From a bacterium (lineage in GTDB: Bacteria > DUMJ01): a stretch of 13,783 nucleotides of DNA. Of this stretch, positions 7,914 to 13,783 are shown in pieces (the first letter of the stretch is position 1; the number at the start of each line of letters is the position of its first letter). The stretch is taken from assembly GCA_049970495.1 (NCBI GenBank), contig JBMFMV010000052.1, positions 664 through 14,446 on the forward strand, written 5' to 3'. Position numbers and translations under genes: made by a program. A model generated the notes under the pieces. That model was not told the origin of the DNA. It saw only the letters and a list, made by a program, of their open reading frames with translations, and ran no database searches.

Positions 7914-8642
7914 CTAATATTCTATTCTGTATAGGTAAAGCCCATATGGAGGAGCGATACCTTTTATCAGTCCTCGTCTCTTTGCACTTATAATAGATTC
8001 AATATCAGCTCTTCCTATAAGCCCATATCCAGCATCGATAAGAACTCTTACAATAAGTCTGACCATCCCTCTAAGAAATCCGTCAGCCTTTATATAGAAT
8101 ATGATGAAGGGTTCTCTTTCAAAGACAGAGATATCGTATATCTCTCTTATTGTACTCTCCCCATCCGATTTGGAAAAACTAATAAAGTCCTTTTTACCTT
8201 TAAAGACATCTAACAGATCCAAGATCCTTCCTATATTAGGCTTCTCTTTGAGATACCAAGCATACTTTCTTAAGAATGGGGAAGGAGATGATGCAGTATA
8301 AACTAGATATATATAACTCCTAGATCTTGCTGAAAACCTGGCATGGAAATCAATAGGTACCTCCTTAGCATCTTTGACTACTATAGAATCTGGCAGGAGA
8401 CTATTAAGGGCAATAGGTAGTTTTTCTAAAGGGATTTTAGAGTTAGTTTTAAAGTTTACTACTTGATTTATTGCATGGACACCAGTATCGGTCCTTCCTG
8501 CTCCAATAACTTCGATATTTTCTCCTGTTATCTCTGTTAAGGCGGATTCTAAAGCACCTTGAACTGTTGGAACATTTGGCTGAACTTGAAATCCAAAGAA
8601 AGAAGAGCCATCATAGGCAATTGTGAGTTTTATGTTCCTCAT
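7914..8642 (-). CDS. truA: tRNA pseudouridine(38-40) synthase
   Basis: YDGSSFFGFQ, GAGRTDTGVHA, FHARF, FLRGMVR and APPYGLYL motifs. Canonical position after ecfT. Confidence 0.97.
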   Translation of the reverse strand: MRNIKLTIAYDGSSFFGFQVQPNVPTVQGALESALTEITGENIEVIGAGRTDTGVHAINQVVNFKTNSKIPLEKLPIALNSLLPDSIVVKDAKEVPIDFHARFSARSRSYIYLVYTASSPSPFLRKYAWYLKEKPNIGRILDLLDVFKGKKDFISFSKSDGESTIREIYDISVFEREPFIIFYIKADGFLRGMVRLIVRVLIDAGYGLIGRADIESIISAKRRGLIKGIAPPYGLYLYRIEY

Positions 8643-9427
8643 ATCAAGATTGAGGCTATACCCACGACTATAGAGGCACCTAAGAAGAGAAAATCTCTAG
8701 CAGAAAGGATATACTCCTTCATCTTTGTCCTACCTTCACCACCTCTATAACACCTGACCTCCATAGCTAGTGCCAAGTCATCAGCCCTCTTAAATGTATT
8801 GATAAACAAGGGAACAAGTATAGGAATGAGATTCTTTGCCCTGTTTACTACTCCTCCGCTCTCTATATCTGCCCCCCTAGCGACCTGAGCCTTTATAATC
8901 CTATTCGTCTCTTCAACCAGTACTGGAATGAATCTTAGAGCTATACTCATCATCATCGCTATTTCATGAGAAGGAAAGCCTATCCGTTTAAGTGGTGACA
9001 ACAGAGATTCTAGTGCATCTGTAAGTTCTAAAGGGGAACAGGTAAGGGTAAGTAGGGTACTAAAACTTATAAGGAGCATAAATCTAAAAACCATTAATAA
9101 GCCATTTCTTAATCCTTCAGCAGTTCCTTTCAAAAACCACCATTGAAATATAACTGTTCCTTGAGTTGTAAATAAGTGGAGTGCAAACGTAAGGAGGATA
9201 AAAAATATTAGAGGCTTTAAGCCACGAAATATATAGAGTGGAGGGACTTTTGAAAGTGCTACTAAAACTACTAGAAAACAAGCTAAAAGGGCATAACCTA
9301 TAAACTCTCTTATTATAAAGATAACGATTATACTTATAAGTGTCATTATAAGTTTAATCCTTGGGTCAAGTCTATGTATGAGAGAATCAAGTGGTAGATA
9401 TTGTCCGAAGCTTATCTCTATTGCCAA
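8639..9427 (-). CDS. ecfT: ECF transporter transmembrane component T
   Basis: HRLDPRIK, ALRFIP, AQVARG and AMEVRCY motifs. TTG start with GGAGG SD. Confidence 0.95.
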   Translation of the reverse strand: MAIEISFGQYLPLDSLIHRLDPRIKLIMTLISIIVIFIIREFIGYALLACFLVVLVALSKVPPLYIFRGLKPLIFFILLTFALHLFTTQGTVIFQWWFLKGTAEGLRNGLLMVFRFMLLISFSTLLTLTCSPLELTDALESLLSPLKRIGFPSHEIAMMMSIALRFIPVLVEETNRIIKAQVARGADIESGGVVNRAKNLIPILVPLFINTFKRADDLALAMEVRCYRGGEGRTKMKEYILSARDFLFLGASIVVGIASILI

Positions 9428-10277
9428 GAGACTTCCTCCACTTAACTATTACTTTAGCTGCTTCATCTAGATTTAAAATATTATAAGGTATGTCCGCTCC
9501 TCTCTTATATAAAGAATAGAGGAGCTCAACTATTTGAGGAACACCAAGGAATATCTCTATCAATCTTTCTACATTCTTAAATATCTCTCTTGGTGGTCCA
9601 TCCATTATTATGGTTCCATCAAAAATGACCAATATCCTGTTAGCATATTTAGATACTTCGCTAAGGTCATGTGAGACAATTACTACTGTTAGTGATTCTT
9701 TTCTATTTAGATGATCAATCTCTCTTAACAATTCTTTACGTCCTTGAGGGTCAAGGTTAGCTAAAGGCTCATCTAATACAAATACCTCTGGGTCCATAGC
9801 TAATATACTTGCTATAGCGACTCTCCTCATCTCCCCTCCGCTTAATAGGAATGGGGATTTATCCAGAGGAATATAATCTATACCAAGCTTTTTAGTTACC
9901 TCTTCTATCTTCTTTTTAATTTCATCTTCTGAATACCCATAATTTCTCAGACCAAATGCAAGTTCATCATATATAGTCTCTGAAAATATTTGGGTCTCTG
10001 GATATTGAAAAACCATTCCTACTTTTTTTCTGATAATCTTTAGGTCCTTCGTCTTAGAGATATCTATTCCATCTACTATTACTTCTCCCCTTGTTGGCTT
10101 TAGAAGCCCATTAAAATGCTGTATAAGAGTAGATTTACCAGAACCAGTAGGACCTATAATAGAGACAAACTCTCCTCTATCTATCTTAAGATTTATCCCT
10201 TTTAGAGCCCAATAAGACAGAGGGGAATTTGGATTATATTGATACCAGACATCTCTTAGCTCAATTAAAGAGGGCAT
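9387..10277 (-). CDS. ecfA2: ECF transporter ATPase A2 (296 aa; start revised to ATG 10277)
   Basis: GPTGSGKST, VFQYPE, LSGGEMRR and LDEP motifs. SD GAGGAG at 10285-10290 favours MPSLIEL over the ORF-track start at 10313. Confidence 0.93.
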   Translation of the reverse strand: MPSLIELRDVWYQYNPNSPLSYWALKGINLKIDRGEFVSIIGPTGSGKSTLIQHFNGLLKPTRGEVIVDGIDISKTKDLKIIRKKVGMVFQYPETQIFSETIYDELAFGLRNYGYSEDEIKKKIEEVTKKLGIDYIPLDKSPFLLSGGEMRRVAIASILAMDPEVFVLDEPLANLDPQGRKELLREIDHLNRKESLTVVIVSHDLSEVSKYANRILVIFDGTIIMDGPPREIFKNVERLIEIFLGVPQIVELLYSLYKRGADIPYNILNLDEAAKVIVKWRKSLGNRDKLRTISTT

Positions 10278-11070
10278 TAACCATCTCCTCAACGGTAAGT
10301 GGTATATTTTCAAAATTTATACTCGATTTTTTAAGTCTTATAGCCAAAGCTGGAATCTCTGGTATATCAAGCCCTATATCCCTTAGAGTATCTTCATCGG
10401 TAAGTATATCTCTAGCCAAGCCTTCTTTGAATACCTTACCCTTATATAGAAGTATTATCTTATCAGCGTATACAAGTTCTTCAAGGTGATGTGTAATATA
10501 AATTATACCTACCCCCTCTTCTTTTAGCTGTAATACTGTTGAAAGAACCTCCTTTCTTCCAATAGGGTCCAACATAGAGGTAGGCTCGTCAAGTACTATA
10601 TACTTTGGCCTCATAGCTAAGATCCCTGCTATAGCTACACGTTGCTTCTGACCTCCAGAAAGAGTAGAGACTAGCCTTTTTCTTTCGTTTATAAGACCTA
10701 CTCTCTCTAAAGCATACTGAACCCTTTCTCTTATTATAGCCGGAGGAATTCCTAAGTTTTCTGGTCCAAAGGCTACATCTTCTTCTACTACACTTGCAAC
10801 AAGTTGATTATCAGGATTTTGAAAGACAAGTCCAACAGTCTGCCTAACTATCCACTGTTTAGATTTATCTGTGACAGATATTCCATCTACTAAAACCTCT
10901 CCTTTAGTAGGGGAGAATATCCCATTTAGACACTTGGCTAGAGTAGATTTTCCGGAACCATTTGGTCCTGCTATACCTACAAATTCTCCACTTTTAACTT
11001 GAAAGGTAATATCTTCTAGTACAGGATTATTCTCATAACTAAAGGAGAGGCCTTTTACCTCAATTGACAT
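10261..11070 (-). CDS. ecfA1: ECF transporter ATPase A1
   Basis: GPNGSGKST, VFQNPDNQ, LSGGQKQR and LDEPTSMLDP motifs. Confidence 0.95.
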   Translation of the reverse strand: MSIEVKGLSFSYENNPVLEDITFQVKSGEFVGIAGPNGSGKSTLAKCLNGIFSPTKGEVLVDGISVTDKSKQWIVRQTVGLVFQNPDNQLVASVVEEDVAFGPENLGIPPAIIRERVQYALERVGLINERKRLVSTLSGGQKQRVAIAGILAMRPKYIVLDEPTSMLDPIGRKEVLSTVLQLKEEGVGIIYITHHLEELVYADKIILLYKGKVFKEGLARDILTDEDTLRDIGLDIPEIPALAIRLKKSSINFENIPLTVEEMVNALFN

Positions 11071-11071
11071 C

Positions 11072-11419
11072 CTATTTTATTAGGGCAACTTTTACTAGGG
11101 GTGCACCATCCCCTTGTCTTACCCCTAACTTAAAGATACGTATATGCCCACTCTCTCTAGAAAAGAGATGAGAAGAGGAGAAAAGTTTACTCGCTACCTC
11201 TTTTTCATATATTATTCTAGAAACTCTTCTTATAGCATTTACATCTTGTTTCTTTGCTATAGAGATTAGTCTCTCAGCAAGAGGAATAAGTTCCTTAGCC
11301 TTTGCCTCAGTAGTAATTATACTTTCATGCTTAAAGAGAGCAGTAACCAAACTCCTCAATAAAGCCTTTCTCTCAGCAGAGAAACGACCTAATCTATTTC
11401 CCTTCTTACGATGTCGCAT
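11072..11419 (-). CDS. rplQ: 50S ribosomal protein L17
   Basis: MRHRK...LGR, ITTEAKAKE and RQGDGA motifs. Follows rpoA. Confidence 0.98.
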   Translation of the reverse strand: MRHRKKGNRLGRFSAERKALLRSLVTALFKHESIITTEAKAKELIPLAERLISIAKKQDVNAIRRVSRIIYEKEVASKLFSSSHLFSRESGHIRIFKLGVRQGDGAPLVKVALIK

Positions 11420-12392
11420 CTTTTTTCACCTCTTCTTCCTGCCTTAGACTATATCCAGCATTTCGAAGTTTTTCTTCTATTTCCTGGAGCATCTTTTCAC
11501 CTATATTCTTTATGCTCTTTAACTCCTTGGGTGTCTTCTTACTTAAAGCCTCAACTGTATGAATTCCACTTCTCTTTAGTATGTTAACTATTCTTAAAGC
11601 TAAGCCAAGGGCTTCTATTGGAGTACCCTCTTCGGGAACTAGATTTGACGTCTCGGTAACTGGAATCTCTTCTAAAACTTGAATCCCTAAATCTTCTTTA
11701 AACATAAGCTGCTGGAGTTCACTTTCTAAAAGTCTAGTAAGCGTATCATAGTTATCTCTTAAGATTCTAGATGCTTGAAATAATGCTTCTCCAGGAGTTA
11801 CCGCTCCATTTGTCCATATTTCTAATACTACCCTTTCAAAATCTGTAACCTGTCCAACTCTTGTATTTTCTACTTTATAACTTACCTGTCTTACTGGACT
11901 AAAGAATGCATCCATAGGTATATATCCTACGGATGTAAAGGTACCTTTGAGTTTCTCTGCAGTTACATACCCTTTTCCTTTCTGAATTGCCAGATCCATT
12001 CTAAGCACTGAGTCCTCATTATCTAATGTAGCTATATAAAGGTCAGGGTTTATAATCTCTACATCACTGTCTGGTATAAAGTCTCCAGCAGTAACTACCC
12101 TAGGACCTCTTTTTTCTAAAGAGATCGTCTTAAGTTCAGTGTTATAGAGCTTTATGACTAACCCCTTCAGATTGAGTATTATATCTACTACATCTTCTTT
12201 AACTCCCGGTATAGTGGAGAATTCGTGTAATACTCCATTTATCCTAACCCCTATAGGAGCACAGCCCTCTATAGAAGAAAGAAGGACCCTTCTTAACGAA
12301 TTACCAATAGTGTGTCCATAACCCCTTTCTAAAGGCTCAATATATAACTTTCCATACGTCTTCTCATGCTTTAACCATTCAACATGAAACAT
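11406..12392 (-). CDS. rpoA: RNA polymerase alpha subunit
   Basis: EPLERGYGHTIGNSLRRVLLSS, HEFSTIPGVKED and RVGQVTDFE motifs, plus a C-terminal HhH domain. Confidence 0.99.
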   Translation of the reverse strand: MFHVEWLKHEKTYGKLYIEPLERGYGHTIGNSLRRVLLSSIEGCAPIGVRINGVLHEFSTIPGVKEDVVDIILNLKGLVIKLYNTELKTISLEKRGPRVVTAGDFIPDSDVEIINPDLYIATLDNEDSVLRMDLAIQKGKGYVTAEKLKGTFTSVGYIPMDAFFSPVRQVSYKVENTRVGQVTDFERVVLEIWTNGAVTPGEALFQASRILRDNYDTLTRLLESELQQLMFKEDLGIQVLEEIPVTETSNLVPEEGTPIEALGLALRIVNILKRSGIHTVEALSKKTPKELKSIKNIGEKMLQEIEEKLRNAGYSLRQEEEVKKDATS

Positions 12393-12403
12393 TAGTGTCC
12401 CCC

Positions 12404-13030
12404 CTATCTAGAGTAGAACTCTACTATTAGCTGTTCATTAACAGGTATATCTATCTCTTGTCTGCTAGGTAGGTTTCTCACTATACCCTCTACTCTATCA
12501 GGATTAATTTCTAACCAACTTGGAACTTTAATTTCATTTATTCTCTCTCTAATTGTCTCTCCTAAAGAGCCAGAGAGAGTCTTTTCTTTAAGAGTTATCC
12601 TATCTCCAGGATTTACTAAGTAAGAAGGTATGTCTAATTTTTCTCCGTTAACAAGTACATGCCCATGGGCTACAAGTTGTCTAGCCTGTGCTCTAGAGCT
12701 GGCAAAACCCAATCTATATACTACATTATCTAGACGTCTCTCTAATAATTGAAGTAGAGTCTCTCCTGTGACTCCTTTCCTCTTCGATGCAAGTTCAAAG
12801 TAGTTCCTAAATTGTGTCTCTGAGATACCATATATACGACGAGCCTTTTGTTTTTCTCTTAACCTCAATCTATATTCGGAAAATTTAGCCCTTACTGTAC
12901 CGTGCTGTCCTGGAGCAGTCTTACGTTTCTCCAGTATGCACTTAACTGTCTGACATTTCTCCCCCTTTAAATATAATTTTACCCCTTCTCTTCTACATAA
13001 TCTGCATTTTGGTCCTGTATATCTAGCCAT
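12404..13030 (-). CDS. rpsD: 30S ribosomal protein S4 (4-Cys zinc-binding form)
   Basis: [27 protein letters not shown] and LIVEFYSR motifs. Confidence 0.99.
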   Translation of the reverse strand: MARYTGPKCRLCRREGVKLYLKGEKCQTVKCILEKRKTAPGQHGTVRAKFSEYRLRLREKQKARRIYGISETQFRNYFELASKRKGVTGETLLQLLERRLDNVVYRLGFASSRAQARQLVAHGHVLVNGEKLDIPSYLVNPGDRITLKEKTLSGSLGETIRERINEIKVPSWLEINPDRVEGIVRNLPSRQEIDIPVNEQLIVEFYSR

Positions 13031-13413
13031 TATACTCTCCTCCGTTTAGGTGGACGGCATCCATTGTGGGGTATAGGTGTAACATCTTTTATTAGAGTTA
13101 TATCTAAACCTGCAGCTTGAAGAGACCTTATAGCAGCTTCTCTTCCAGGTCCAGGTCCTTTGACATACACATCTACCTGTCTCATGCCCTGGTCTATAGC
13201 CTTCTTGGCTGCAGATTCAGCTGCTAGCTGAGCAGCAAATGGGGTCCCCTTTTTAGTCCCTTTAAAACCACAGGTACCCGCACTAGCCCAACTTATAACA
13301 GCACCATTAGGATCTGTAATTGTAACTATAGTATTGTTAAATGTAGAATGTATATGTGCTATTCCCTTTACTACACCTTTTTTCTCTCTTCTACGAGTTC
13401 TCCTTTTCGCCAT
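13030..13413 (-). CDS. rpsK: 30S ribosomal protein S11
   Basis: [12 protein letters not shown] and [18 protein letters not shown] motifs. Confidence 0.99.
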   Translation of the reverse strand: MAKRRTRRREKKGVVKGIAHIHSTFNNTIVTITDPNGAVISWASAGTCGFKGTKKGTPFAAQLAAESAAKKAIDQGMRQVDVYVKGPGPGREAAIRSLQAAGLDITLIKDVTPIPHNGCRPPKRRRV

Positions 13414-13426
13414 AGTACCTCCTATC

Positions 13427-13783
13427 CTACTTCTTACTACGAGCTCCTACTGTCTTACGCGGTCCCTTTCTTGTCCTAGCATTTGTTCTAGTCCTTTGAC
13501 CTCTTACTGGTAATCCATACCTATGTCTAAGACCTCTATATGTACCAAGATCTATAAGTCTCCTTATGTTCTGTGCTACCTCTCTTCTAAGGTCCCCTTC
13601 AACCTTATAGTTATTTTCAATAATCTCTCTAAGCTTTGCTATCTCCTCTTCAGTAAGGTCATTAGCCTTCTTGTCAGGGTTAATTCCCGCTTCCTGTAAA
13701 ATCTTTTTACTAGTGGGAAAACCAATACCATAGATATATGTGAGAGCCACTTCTATCCTCTTATTTCTAGGTAGGTCTACTCC
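13427..13783 (-). CDS. rpsM: 30S ribosomal protein S13 (first few codons beyond the window edge)
   Basis: Frame open to the edge: [21 protein letters not shown]...[17 protein letters not shown]. Confidence 0.99.
   Translation of the reverse strand, partial: GVDLPRNKRIEVALTYIYGIGFPTSKKILQEAGINPDKKANDLTEEEIAKLREIIENNYKVEGDLRREVAQNIRRLIDLGTYRGLRHRYGLPVRGQRTRTNARTRKGPRKTVGARSKK

Noticed and set aside
9387..9427. 41-bp ecfA2/ecfT overlap as a frameshift
   Set aside because: Both proteins are full length and ecfT has its own SD. There is no evidence of a lesion.
10278..10313. ORF-track N-terminal extension of ecfA2
   Set aside because: The SD and domain boundary support ATG 10277.

Overview
AT-rich bacterial window with almost everything on the minus strand. 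The right half is conserved housekeeping DNA: the end of the alpha operon (rpsM partial, rpsK, rpsD, rpoA, rplQ), ecfA1-ecfA2-ecfT, truA, a small membrane protein and a type A RNase P RNA (rnpB). The left half, downstream of rnpB, is accessory. It holds an MNT-HepT toxin-antitoxin pair with a doubly frameshifted toxin, and two ~71% identical coiled-coil/PD-(D/E)XK paralogs that bracket a sugar-nucleotide cluster. That cluster comprises an 825-aa GlmU-like nucleotidyltransferase/GHMP-kinase fusion, a frameshifted UDP-HexNAc 6-dehydrogenase and a WbpD-like acetyltransferase. A DUF3368-like remnant lies at the left edge. The two most interesting signals are (i) the fusion enzyme, whose sugar-binding motif looks altered towards a uronic acid, and (ii) a 43-bp promoter/leader element shared by both nuclease-like paralogs and the unrelated TA operon. 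All family assignments come from motif recognition, not database searches.
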